Origin: Bacillota bacterium
Lineage (GTDB): Bacteria; Bacillota; SHA-98; Ch115; JABLXJ01
Length of the DNA stretch: 64,000 bases
Direction of reading: 5' to 3'
Assembly (NCBI GenBank): GCA_013178125.1
Contig: JABLXJ010000013.1
Location: forward strand, 7,751 to 71,750
Shown here one piece after another: positions 1 to 8,955 of this stretch. Each line of letters opens with the position of its first letter. The first letter of the stretch is position 1. The translations under genes and the position numbers were made by a program. Below the pieces are notes generated by a model. The model did not search any database, was not told the DNA's origin, and saw only the letters and a program-made list of their open reading frames with translations.

Positions 1-297
1 GGTAACTATCCTGGTCAGGGTTGTAACACACATTCCCAGCTTGATCTCGCTGGCCTGGCGGGGGTAGACAAAGGACACTCGAATACTAGGGGCACTAAGG
101 CCCCCTCCGTCCGATTCGCCCCACATGAAAAAAGATCCTCCATGGAGGGCGACACCGCCGGGAACGGGAAGCTGCATTATGTTTTTTGCGAATGGGACAT
201 GGGCCCCATGGAGTATTATCAAATCCATCCCCTTCCGAAGATGAGATCGGCAAATGACGTGTTTATGTTCCTAATACGAGTCTACTTTACAAAATAA
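1..297 (+). CDS. 3' end of an unidentified CDS entering from the left edge (partial)
   Basis: Frame 1 is open from base 1 to TAA at 295-297 (tail ...HYVFCEWDMGPMEYYQIHPLPK...). It is absent from the ORF track because it has no in-window start. No family recognised. Confidence 0.3.
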   Translation, partial: GNYPGQGCNTHSQLDLAGLAGVDKGHSNTRGTKAPSVRFAPHEKRSSMEGDTAGNGKLHYVFCEWDMGPMEYYQIHPLPKMRSANDVFMFLIRVYFTK

Positions 298-677
298 AAG
301 CGATTGCGTCAAGTAGCTGGGCAAGACAGGCGGGACGGCGAGACAACGAGACGGATATAGGATCCGGATAGTTAAGGTTGATGTGATACAGTTAAGGTTG
401 ATTTCGAGCAGGTCGGATAGAGAGCTTATTCTGAGAGTTATATTCTCGGCTGGAAGGCTGGAAGGCATGATTAAGCTAATCTTGGCAGCCCTCTCTCCGC
501 ACTTCGCTGAAGGATTTTGCGCCCTGGTGGAGAAATAAAGGCAGGGGCCAGGATGTGCAATCTAATTTCATAATACAAAATGGATTATCCTCAATATGGG
601 AGCTTAACGCCTCACAGCTCATAGAAAGCTATAACCATCTCAAAAAATGTTAGAGACTATGGAGGGCTGCGGTAGTA

Positions 678-1400
678 ATGGTAAATCTGGCAATGAAAAA
701 GCAAAGGGTCTTGGACACAATGATCAGCACGGGGATCGTAGCGATAATAAGGGCGGAGCGTTCAGATGATCTGGTGAATGTCGCCCAGGCGTTAAGAGAA
801 GGCGGCATCCGGGCTATGGAGGTCACCATGACCACGCCCGGGGCGGTAGATGTTGTTAGGGAGATTGTAAGCGGCATTGCTGGAGCTGGTGGGCAGGGCG
901 TGCCTGGCGTGCCTTGTGAGGTGGGCGAAGAGGGTGGAGCGGGCGAAATGGTCATCGGTGTCGGAACGGTGCTGGACCCCGAGACCGCACGCATTGCGCT
1001 GCTTGCAGGGGCGGAGTTTGTGGTTAGTCCCACGCTTAATCTGGACGTGATCCGGATGTGCAGGCGCTACAGCAAGGTTGTCATCCCCGGGGCGTTTACT
1101 CCAACTGAGATATTGACGGCTTGGGAGGCGGGCGCTGACGCTGTTAAGGTGTTTCCCGCAACGAAGCTTGGCCCGTCATTCTTCAAGGATATGAGGGGGC
1201 CCCTGCCGCAGGTCTTGTTAACCCCGACCGGGGGCGTAAGCCTGGATAATGTCGCGGAGTTTATAAAGGCCGGTGCGGCCTTTGTGGGTGTGGGGTCAGC
1301 CCTCGTCGACAAGAAACTTGTCGACGAGCGGCGCTGGGGCGAGCTCACGGCTAGGGCGCGGGCCTTCATCCAGGCCATAGCGGGGGCGCGGGGAGAGTAG
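678..1400 (+). CDS. eda: 2-dehydro-3-deoxyphosphogluconate (KDPG)/KHG aldolase
   Basis: Translation has Eda hallmarks: GIVAIIRA, EVTMTTPGA, GVGTVLD, FVVSP, IPGAFTPTEI, GADAVKVFPA. GGAGGG lies 11 nt upstream of the ATG. Carries a Gly-rich insert. Confidence 0.85.
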   Translation: MVNLAMKKQRVLDTMISTGIVAIIRAERSDDLVNVAQALREGGIRAMEVTMTTPGAVDVVREIVSGIAGAGGQGVPGVPCEVGEEGGAGEMVIGVGTVLDPETARIALLAGAEFVVSPTLNLDVIRMCRRYSKVVIPGAFTPTEILTAWEAGADAVKVFPATKLGPSFFKDMRGPLPQVLLTPTGGVSLDNVAEFIKAGAAFVGVGSALVDKKLVDERRWGELTARARAFIQAIAGARGE

Positions 1401-2059
1401 TCCATCATATAGGGACACTGCTATCTGTGAACATTATTGCTATCTAAGTGCTAGTTCCTTAATTTGTGCCAGTTTACCAGTACGTCCCAGTGTTGCTGGT
1501 GTTGCGCTCCGGGGACGGCGCGCTTGCGGCGCGCCTCCGTTGGAATTTGGCGCGGGGGCCATGCCAAATTTCGAAGGCCCCCGTCACGCAAGCGCCGGCA
1601 ATACCTGGAAAAGTGGTAGTAATTTTCGGACTCAAACTTAGGAACATTGCCATGTACAGACATATGGATTGAGCGGCTCCCGGCTTCGCTGGGGCCGCTC
1701 CGCTTTATCCACCCCTGGTTTATCCGGTCCTGGCGACTAGTACTCCATCTCATAAGACCGTATAGGGTATAAGATATCGGGTATTACTCTATAGTTTGTC
1801 GGGCTAGTAGCCGCGCTCTGCCTCATATATCTAAATGCGTGACGAACGAAATACTCCCTAAACGCTTGAACCTATGGAACTCAATACCGGGTAGCCTTGA
1901 ATAGGTTACCTGGCAGCTCTGCGCCGGGCCTCTTACTGATACGTCGTGGCGACAAAGAAACTTGGCTGGGTGACGCACCCCTACCCTACCCTGAAAATAG
2001 CTCCACCCGCATCAGGGGATTTCTCTCTACCTGATGATGCTGCGTAGCGGCATGGGCGT

Positions 2060-2326
2060 CTGCCAAGAATTCTGGCAGGCCCGCCCCCACTCTGCCAAGA
2101 ATTTTGGCAGGTCAACCCCTATGGGCGGCAAAACTGCCAAGAATCTTGGCACCTTTACGCGCGACCTGCCAAAATTTTTGGCAGAGTGGGGGCGGGCCAA
2201 ACTGCCAAGAATATTGGCAGGATGAGCGAGTACCTGCCAAAAATCTTGGCATTTTCACATGTAGACTGCCAAGAAAGTTGGCACCCTCGCCTCTTTGCCG
2301 GGGCACCCTGCCAAGAAAGTTGGCAT
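2060..2326. repeat. Array of 8 copies of a 19-bp palindrome CTGCCAAGAAnnTTGGCAG (TGCCAA-N5-TTGGCA core)
   Basis: Copies start at 2060, 2092, 2134, 2166, 2202, 2234, 2266 and 2308, giving spacings of 32/42/32/36/32/32/42 bp. The arms are invariant; the centres and the GC-rich linkers vary. Confidence 0.9.
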
Positions 2327-2792
2327 GCACATAGTTAGGCTTGGGTTTGAGCGCATGTTCGGAGAGTAAAAGCTATCAGGATTTATGAAATGAAGTACTA
2401 GTTATCCTCGGAGATACTTTCATTCTCCGCGGCGCCGCAGCGCGGCATGGGAATCTAACATGGAAACGGAAGATGAGTTCCATGGAGAGCCGGGGCTATG
2501 GGTGGGTAAGCGCAGACAGGGGGGGGGGTGGTTCTTATATTTCATAATGTGAAATTTATTTTTATGAAATAGTACTTTGGCAGCAGGAAAGCAGAAATTC
2601 ATGGAGAAATAGCTCAATGTGGGTCATATTAGGAATCGAATTTCATATTACGAAATATATAAGGGATAAACCCCGTTTCCTGCAAGCGCCTGAGCAAGCT
2701 TCCAGGGATGGTGTTGACCTGACCTGGCAGAGAGTTCGAGGAGCCAGGGATCTGTAAGGGGTAATAAGGGATAACAAGGAGCTCTGTTTATC

Positions 2793-3665
2793 ATGGCTAG
2801 GCGGAAGGAACCCGTAAGTTCAGTGCAATCCGTCGACCGTGCGTTACGGATACTGGATCTTTTAGCCTCCGAGGGCCGCAGCCTCGGCCTCGGGCAGATC
2901 AGCGAGATGCTCGGCCTTAACGCCAGCACTACTCATCGCCTGCTCACGGCCCTCATGATACACGGCTATGTGGAGCAGCAAAAGGAAAATGACAAGTATC
3001 GTCTTGGTTTCAAGGTCCTGGAGCTTAGCAGCGCCCTCCTCCAGCAGATAGATCTCAGGCAGGAGGCATACCCCTACCTGCGGGAGCTGATGGAGAGGAC
3101 CGGAGAGGTTGTGCACCTGGCCATCCTCGATCAGGGCGAGGTTGTATATATCGACAAGGTGGAAAGCATCCAGACGCTTACAATGTACTCCAAGATAGGT
3201 CGTAGGGTTTACTGTCATTGTACTGCCCTTGGCAAAGTCCTCCTAGCCTCGCTAGATGATCGGGAGATCGAGGAGATCCTTTCCAAGAAGGGGCTTCCCC
3301 GGCTCACTAATAATACAATAACCTCCCTTGAGCAGTTCTACCTCCACCTCCAGACCGTGAGGGCAAACGGGTTCGCGATTGACGATGAGGAGCACGAACA
3401 GGGTATTCGATGCGTGGCTGCTCCTATCTATAACCAGGATGGCCGCGTTGTGGCAGCCCTCAGCGTGTCAGGCCCATCTATTCGGATGACGCGTGAGAAG
3501 ATTGAGCGGGTCACACCTCTGGTTACAGAATGTGGGGGGAAGATTTCTGAAAGGCTAGGTTACAGATCCAGAATTGGAACTACAGACTCAATCGAGGCAG
3601 TAGACTTAAGTTCACAATTAAATAACGGTGGTGCTAGGGATGCCAGAAGTCGTCACACTGGGTGA
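2793..3665 (+). CDS. IclR-family transcriptional regulator (KdgR-like)
   Basis: N-terminal wHTH (SVDRALRILDLLA...LGLGQISEMLGLNASTTHRLL) plus an IclR effector domain. Sits between eda and a KDG-kinase-like gene. Confidence 0.85.
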   Translation: MARRKEPVSSVQSVDRALRILDLLASEGRSLGLGQISEMLGLNASTTHRLLTALMIHGYVEQQKENDKYRLGFKVLELSSALLQQIDLRQEAYPYLRELMERTGEVVHLAILDQGEVVYIDKVESIQTLTMYSKIGRRVYCHCTALGKVLLASLDDREIEEILSKKGLPRLTNNTITSLEQFYLHLQTVRANGFAIDDEEHEQGIRCVAAPIYNQDGRVVAALSVSGPSIRMTREKIERVTPLVTECGGKISERLGYRSRIGTTDSIEAVDLSSQLNNGGARDARSRHTG

Positions 3666-4701
3666 GTCCATGGTCCTCTTCAATCCAATAAGCACAGGAC
3701 CATTGCAGTATGTATCATTCTTTCAGAAACAGGTGGCTGGTGCTGAATCCAATTTTGCGATTGGAATTGCAAGGCTTGGGCACTCCGCCGGGTGGATCAG
3801 CAGGGTCGGCGATGATGAATTTGGGCGCGCAGTGCTTTCCTTTATACGTGGTGAGGGAGTGGATGTGTCTCAGGTAAAGATCGACCCACACGCGCCCACG
3901 GGTATCTACTTTAAAGAACGCCGGGAAATAGGGGAGACACGGGTCTACTACTATCGCAGCGGATCAGCTGCGAGTCGGATGACGCCGGAGGACTTGGACC
4001 CTGACTACATTGCGTCAGCAGAATTTTTGCACGTTACCGGGATCACCCCGGCGCTAGGAGATTCGTGCCTGGCTACCGTTGCCCGGGCCATTGAGATTGC
4101 GCGGGCGAACGGCGTTAAGGTTAGCTTTGATCCTAATATTCGCCTCAAGCTCTGGTCAGGAAATCGGATCCGCCCGGTACTTCTTGACCTGATGCGGGGT
4201 GTAGATATCATTCTGGCCGGACGCAATGAGGGGAAGGTCCTCTTTGGACTTGATAAGCCCGAGGAGTTGATCAGGGCATTTAAAGAGCTCGGCGCCTCAA
4301 CAATTGTGATAAAGTTAGGAGCGGAAGGAGCGGTGGTATCCTCACCTCGGCCTGCGCCAGAATCTATGCCTGGGTTCAAGTCTGGATCCAAGCCTGAGCC
4401 TGGGTCCGTGTCCTCAAACGCTGAGGCAATTGTAGCGGCAGTACATGGGGCGCAATCCGGGGTTTGCGACGACGAGATAATATCAGTACCGGCTTTCCAG
4501 GTCGAAAGGACCGTCGATACGGTGGGTGCGGGCGATGCCTTTGCCGCTGGCTTTATCGTGGGCCTGCTCAAGGGTTGGCCGGCGGTTGAAGCGGCCCGCC
4601 TCGGGAATGCAATGGGTGCCTATGCCGTTACGGTGAGCGGAGATGTGGAGGGATTGCCCACTTGGACGGAGGTTGAGAACTTCCTGAGACAGGAGAGGTA
4701 G
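3640..4701 (+). CDS. kdgK: PfkB-family sugar kinase, 2-dehydro-3-deoxygluconokinase-like
   Basis: Motifs VVTLGESMV, GAESNFAIG and DTVGAGDAFAAGF (PfkB signature). Start moved to the ATG at 3640 (MPEVV...); the ORF track starts at 3628. Contains a Pro/Ser-rich insert. Confidence 0.8.
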   Translation: MPEVVTLGESMVLFNPISTGPLQYVSFFQKQVAGAESNFAIGIARLGHSAGWISRVGDDEFGRAVLSFIRGEGVDVSQVKIDPHAPTGIYFKERREIGETRVYYYRSGSAASRMTPEDLDPDYIASAEFLHVTGITPALGDSCLATVARAIEIARANGVKVSFDPNIRLKLWSGNRIRPVLLDLMRGVDIILAGRNEGKVLFGLDKPEELIRAFKELGASTIVIKLGAEGAVVSSPRPAPESMPGFKSGSKPEPGSVSSNAEAIVAAVHGAQSGVCDDEIISVPAFQVERTVDTVGAGDAFAAGFIVGLLKGWPAVEAARLGNAMGAYAVTVSGDVEGLPTWTEVENFLRQER

Positions 4702-5622
4702 TAGATTCTTAATGTTGAGAGGTTCTTAGCCGGTAAAAGGCAGACTGGTAAAGCGGTGACTTCAGTGTCTTCATAGAACGCTCTCGGACTAATCGGTAAA
4801 TAATTGAGAAGCAAAGCTCTCCACCAATTCTGAGGAAAAGCGTTGATATTGTTTTGATCTCGACCCCTTTGTACATTGACAATCGAATAGCCTGCAATCC
4901 TTATGGGTTATGGAGATTTCCTGATATAGCTCGATAGTATTTGGTAAGGGAAGAATAGGCCTGGTAAGATATAATCAATAGTCATAGGCAGTAGGGGGAG
5001 AAGGGCTCATTGAAAGTAGGTGTAGTCTGTCATAAAGGTCAAATTCTCAAGGGGGGTAAGGACTCGTAATGAGGAGAGATGACGTGGGAAACTAGCTACA
5101 AAGTTCATATGCTCACCCTTTCTGTTGGTTAGTTTTCTACCAAAAGTCTTTCACCTGAGATGGTAGGATACCCATAAATTAGAAAGCCACCATAGAATGC
5201 GCTCGTGATATGCTTATCACTATCGAATGAGACCTTGGGCAACATGGTAAATACATTTATCCGATATATAGCAAGGGTCAAGGTAACCAATGGATGCCTA
5301 ATCGTGCTCATATCCAGTGATTTCGCTCATCTTAAAGCCCTTCGTCAATTCCAGTTGGCTAGCCATTTCAGGTGAAAGACTCTTGTTATTTCATGGGGTC
5401 TATATCCGAGGCGGATAATTTTAGCACCACATTTGCCACATATAACCATTTCTTTGGGGGTGAGGGAAAGGCATCCAGTCTGTAAATCTAGTAAACAAGC
5501 GAGTTCGAAATTTCTGAGAGTCTACTACTACTATAGTTAAAGGGGGTGGTTGCCGGGGTAGCGCAGTGACAAAGTAGATGCTGCTAGAACATAAACTAAA
5601 ACTAAACTGGGAGGCAAGATTT

Positions 5623-6906
5623 ATGAAATCGTTAAAAACTGGTGCAGTACTACTCCTTCTGATTTTGGTGCTGGGCGTTGCTGCACAAGCAGCCGAGAAA
5701 ATCGTCATTTGGGACAAGTCGGAATACATTCCGGCATACAACCAGTATATGCGACAAGCAGTTAATGACTGGGCAAAAAAGAATGGCGTTGAAGTGGAGT
5801 ACACCGTAGTGCCGCCTGCGGACTTGATCACTAAGTTGATGGCGGCTATTGAGAGTGGAAACGTGCCTGATATCGCTACTGTCGAGGTTGGCATGGTCGC
5901 TCAGTTGGCTGGTATGGATGCTGTTATCGACACCAACGACCTAATTACCAGCATTGAGAAGCAAAACAATGACAAGTTCTCTCACGGAGCACTTCGCCTG
6001 GTAACCATTGATGGGGTTCGTCGTGGTGTTCCGTTGGCAACATTCCCAGCCGCCCTTTACTATCGTAAAGACCTTCTGAAGGCTGCTGGAGTTGAAGCTC
6101 CTCAGACTCTCGATGATTTCCGCAAAGTAGCCAAGGCCACCAACAATCCACGCGGAGGTGTCTATGGTGCCGGTATTCCTCTTGGACGTTCCGGCGGCGG
6201 TGACATTGAAGGCTGGATCCGCAATATCATTTGGGCTAATGGTGGCTCAATCTTTGACAAAGACGGTAAGACCGTTGTCGTTGATTCAGCCCAGAACGTG
6301 AAGGCGCTCCAGGCTCTTGTCGATATGTTCAAGGTAGACAAGACCATCCCGCCGGGCGCTCTGAGCTGGGATGATGGTGGCAACAACAACGCCTATATGT
6401 CTGGTACCGCAGTGATGGTTTACAATTCCGGTAGCATTTGGGCCAACATGGTCCAAATGAAGCATCCGCTCCTCGATAAAACCGGTATCGTTCCGATGCC
6501 TGCAGGTCCTGCTGGCCGGTTTAACGTTGGTGGCGGCAACACCATGGTTATCTTCAAAAAAGGTCATCCAAAGTTGGCGTCCAGCTTGGTTAGGAGCGTT
6601 TTGGCAATCGACAACTACTCAAACCTCCTGCCTAAGATGTGCCCAATGTGGGCACCGGTCTTCGTTGGCATGGAGAAGCTGGCGTTCTACCAGGATCCAA
6701 ACAATCGGGCATGGCTCCAGGCGGGGCAGATCAACGTCAACCTGGGCTATCCTGGTCCGACGACTCCATGGGCAGGCGAGACTATGAGCTCACAAGTTAT
6801 GTTGCGTGCGTTGCAGAGCATGATTGTCGACAACGTGCCTGTCAAGGAAGGTCTCGAAAAGGCGAAAGCTGAGATTGAGCAAATCAAGGCAAAGTACAAC
6901 AAGTAG
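5623..6906 (+). CDS. ABC transporter extracellular solute-binding protein (family 1, sugar type)
   Basis: Signal peptide MKSLKTGAVLLLLILVLGVAAQA after a GGGAGG RBS. SBP-like body and adjacent permease genes. The ORF track start at 5578 is probably too early. Confidence 0.85.
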   Translation: MKSLKTGAVLLLLILVLGVAAQAAEKIVIWDKSEYIPAYNQYMRQAVNDWAKKNGVEVEYTVVPPADLITKLMAAIESGNVPDIATVEVGMVAQLAGMDAVIDTNDLITSIEKQNNDKFSHGALRLVTIDGVRRGVPLATFPAALYYRKDLLKAAGVEAPQTLDDFRKVAKATNNPRGGVYGAGIPLGRSGGGDIEGWIRNIIWANGGSIFDKDGKTVVVDSAQNVKALQALVDMFKVDKTIPPGALSWDDGGNNNAYMSGTAVMVYNSGSIWANMVQMKHPLLDKTGIVPMPAGPAGRFNVGGGNTMVIFKKGHPKLASSLVRSVLAIDNYSNLLPKMCPMWAPVFVGMEKLAFYQDPNNRAWLQAGQINVNLGYPGPTTPWAGETMSSQVMLRALQSMIVDNVPVKEGLEKAKAEIEQIKAKYNK

Positions 6907-6991
6907 GATCAGTAAGGGTTTGAACGTCTGTCTAGTTTCGAGAGTTGCTATTGGGTAGTTTGGGCAGGCTGGTGCACGGCCTGCCCGGCTG

Positions 6992-7954
6992 TTGACTCTT
7001 ATGGATTTGAAAGAGGAGTTGGTGACGTTGAGACAGCGAACGCCCAAGGCTCCATCCCGCTATTTTCGTACTCAGTCAATGAATCAACATCAAATTGACC
7101 TGGTGCTGGGCATTCTATTGGTGATCCCACTCTTGGCCGTGATTTTCGGCGTTGTTGGTGTCCCTTTTACCAAAGCCGTTTATACTAGTTTTACCAATAA
7201 GCGAATTGGTATGGGCGAGACCTTTGTGGGGCTGCAAAACTATATCGAGATTTTTCGGGATGGTCTTTTCTGGATCGGCATCAAGAACAGTTTCATCTAT
7301 GCCTTTGATTCCGTTGTTTTGAAGTTGGTGTTTGGTTTTTGCCTGGCATTGGTCTTAAACGAAAAATTGCCCCTGCGTAATCTGTGGCGGGCGATAATCC
7401 TGATTCCCTGGGCAGTTCCCAACCTTGTGGCTACACTCACCTGGCGGTGGATGTACAGTGATACTAATGGAATAATTAATGCCCTGCTGCTAAAGGCCGG
7501 AATCATTGACTATCCCATACCATGGCTGGCTTCTACTTCCACAGCCATGTTCGCTGTAATCGTTATCAACGTATGGAAAGGCATTCCCTTTTTCACGTTC
7601 TCGCTGTTGGGAGGCCTGCAGGGAATTGACGCACAGCTTTATGAGGCAGCAGCGATTGATGGAGCCAACTGGTGGCAGCAGATTCGACACGTCGTCATTC
7701 CATCGCTTTCTGGAATTATAATTATTTCCTCCTTACTGTCGACAATCTGGACGTTTAACGACTTCCAGACAATCTATATTGCCACTGGTGGCGGGCCCGC
7801 ACATGCGACCACAATCATACCGACACTCACTTATGAGCGGGCATTCTGGAACCTTGAAATCGGTAAAGGTATTGCCATTTCAACTGCGGCTGCTCCGCTG
7901 TTCATTGGCTTGATTATGTTGGCTACCAGGTACTTCTTAAGGAGGGATGAATGA
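6992..7954 (+). CDS. ABC sugar transporter permease (MalF/UgpA-like)
   Basis: Multiple TM segments and an EAA-type loop (YEAAAIDGANWWQQIRHVVIP). The 5' start is uncertain: TTG at 6992, with an internal ATG at MNQHQ. Confidence 0.85.
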   Translation: MTLMDLKEELVTLRQRTPKAPSRYFRTQSMNQHQIDLVLGILLVIPLLAVIFGVVGVPFTKAVYTSFTNKRIGMGETFVGLQNYIEIFRDGLFWIGIKNSFIYAFDSVVLKLVFGFCLALVLNEKLPLRNLWRAIILIPWAVPNLVATLTWRWMYSDTNGIINALLLKAGIIDYPIPWLASTSTAMFAVIVINVWKGIPFFTFSLLGGLQGIDAQLYEAAAIDGANWWQQIRHVVIPSLSGIIIISSLLSTIWTFNDFQTIYIATGGGPAHATTIIPTLTYERAFWNLEIGKGIAISTAAAPLFIGLIMLATRYFLRRDE

Positions 7955-8784
7955 TGCTGGCCAGTAGAGCAAAGAGATTGGTCATCTGGGTCATTTTGAT
8001 TGCCGGATTGGCTTGGACAATTTTTCCGCTGTACTGGATGGGGATCACATCGTTAAAGCCCATGGCGGATATGTTCCAGCCTATGCCGGGTCTATGGCCT
8101 TCATATGTGACCCTTGAAAACTATGTCGACTTGTTAAAAAATACGTCTTTCCTCGTGTTTGTTAAGAATAGTATGATTGTTGGGCTTGTCAGCATGGCTA
8201 TTTCTGTCGTTATTTCGGCGCTAGCGGCTTATAGTATTACTCGAATTGATCTGCCGTGGCGTGGTGGACTTGCGGTTCTTGTTCTCATAACTTACCTTGT
8301 GCCGCAGTCGATTTTGTTTATCCCGATGTTTCTATTAATCAGCTCATTGGGACTGCCCAATACATTGACATCGCTAGTAATGGTCTATCCAACTTTTCTG
8401 GTGCCTTATGGAACATGGATGCTGATGATCTATTTCCGTGGCATTCCAATAGAGATGGAGCAGGCTGCTATGATCGATGGCTGTACGCGTCTGGAGGCGA
8501 TGCGCAAAATAGTGTTACCACTGGCAGCGCCAGGATTGGCTGTCGTGGCAGTATTCAGCTTTACCATGGCGTGGGGCGAGTATATTTACGCCCTTGTTCT
8601 AACGACGAGTCCATCGGTTCAAACGTTGCCAATAGGTATATCAGGCTTTATTATTAGCGATGTTTATATTTGGGGGCGCATTATGGCTGCTTCCGTTCTA
8701 GCATCGGTTCCGGTTGTTCTGCTGTATATGCTGGCTCAGCGCTGGCTGGTAGGTGGAATGATAGCAGGTGGAGTCAAAGGCTAA
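7951..8784 (+). CDS. ABC sugar transporter permease (MalG/UgpE-like)
   Basis: EAA loop EQAAMIDGCTRLEAMRKIVLPLA and six predicted TM segments. ATGA overlap with the upstream permease. Confidence 0.85.
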   Translation: MMLASRAKRLVIWVILIAGLAWTIFPLYWMGITSLKPMADMFQPMPGLWPSYVTLENYVDLLKNTSFLVFVKNSMIVGLVSMAISVVISALAAYSITRIDLPWRGGLAVLVLITYLVPQSILFIPMFLLISSLGLPNTLTSLVMVYPTFLVPYGTWMLMIYFRGIPIEMEQAAMIDGCTRLEAMRKIVLPLAAPGLAVVAVFSFTMAWGEYIYALVLTTSPSVQTLPIGISGFIISDVYIWGRIMAASVLASVPVVLLYMLAQRWLVGGMIAGGVKG

Positions 8785-8955
8785 ACCATGTGATAAGGCG
8801 GCCATGGCAGAATCGCTATTCACGTGCAAGAAATTGATTTGCCACGGGGGTTCGAAGTGATCAGCCTACCAAGAAACACTGGTTCTGTTTTATGAAAATG
8901 CTATTCACAGGAAGGTCTTTGAGATGATTTTATTGTACTAAGGGGGACTTTGCTA

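Noticed and set aside
369-403. Direct repeat AGTTAAGGTTGAT x2 upstream of eda
   Set aside because: Only two short copies on the far side of a ~275-bp gap from the eda start. It could be an operator, but there is too little to support a call.
650-1408. Minus-strand ORFs 650-1033 and 1067-1408
   Set aside because: They are antisense to the clearly recognisable eda gene and have low-complexity Pro/Ser/Thr-rich translations.
1671-1700. Hairpin GAGCGGC...GCCGCTC downstream of eda as its terminator
   Set aside because: It lies about 270 bp past the eda stop and has only a weak T-tract (CGCTTTATCC). The assignment is uncertain.
2134-2290. TGGCAC inside repeat copies as sigma-54 -24 elements
   Set aside because: No TTGC -12 element lies at the required spacing (about 10 nt from GG to GC) after any copy. 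In copy 7 the nearest TTGC is about 16 nt away.
2034-2334. Three overlapping ORFs (2034-2225 +, 2104-2334 +, 2112-2330 -) and a possible CRISPR array
   Set aside because: The ORFs are open only because the 19-bp palindrome lacks stops in several frames. As a CRISPR array, the repeats (19 bp) and spacers (13-23 bp) are far too short, the repeat centres vary, and there are no cas genes nearby.
8256-8657. A 133-aa alternative-frame ORF inside the MalG-like permease
   Set aside because: It lies fully inside a permease gene that has an intact EAA loop, and nothing supports it independently.
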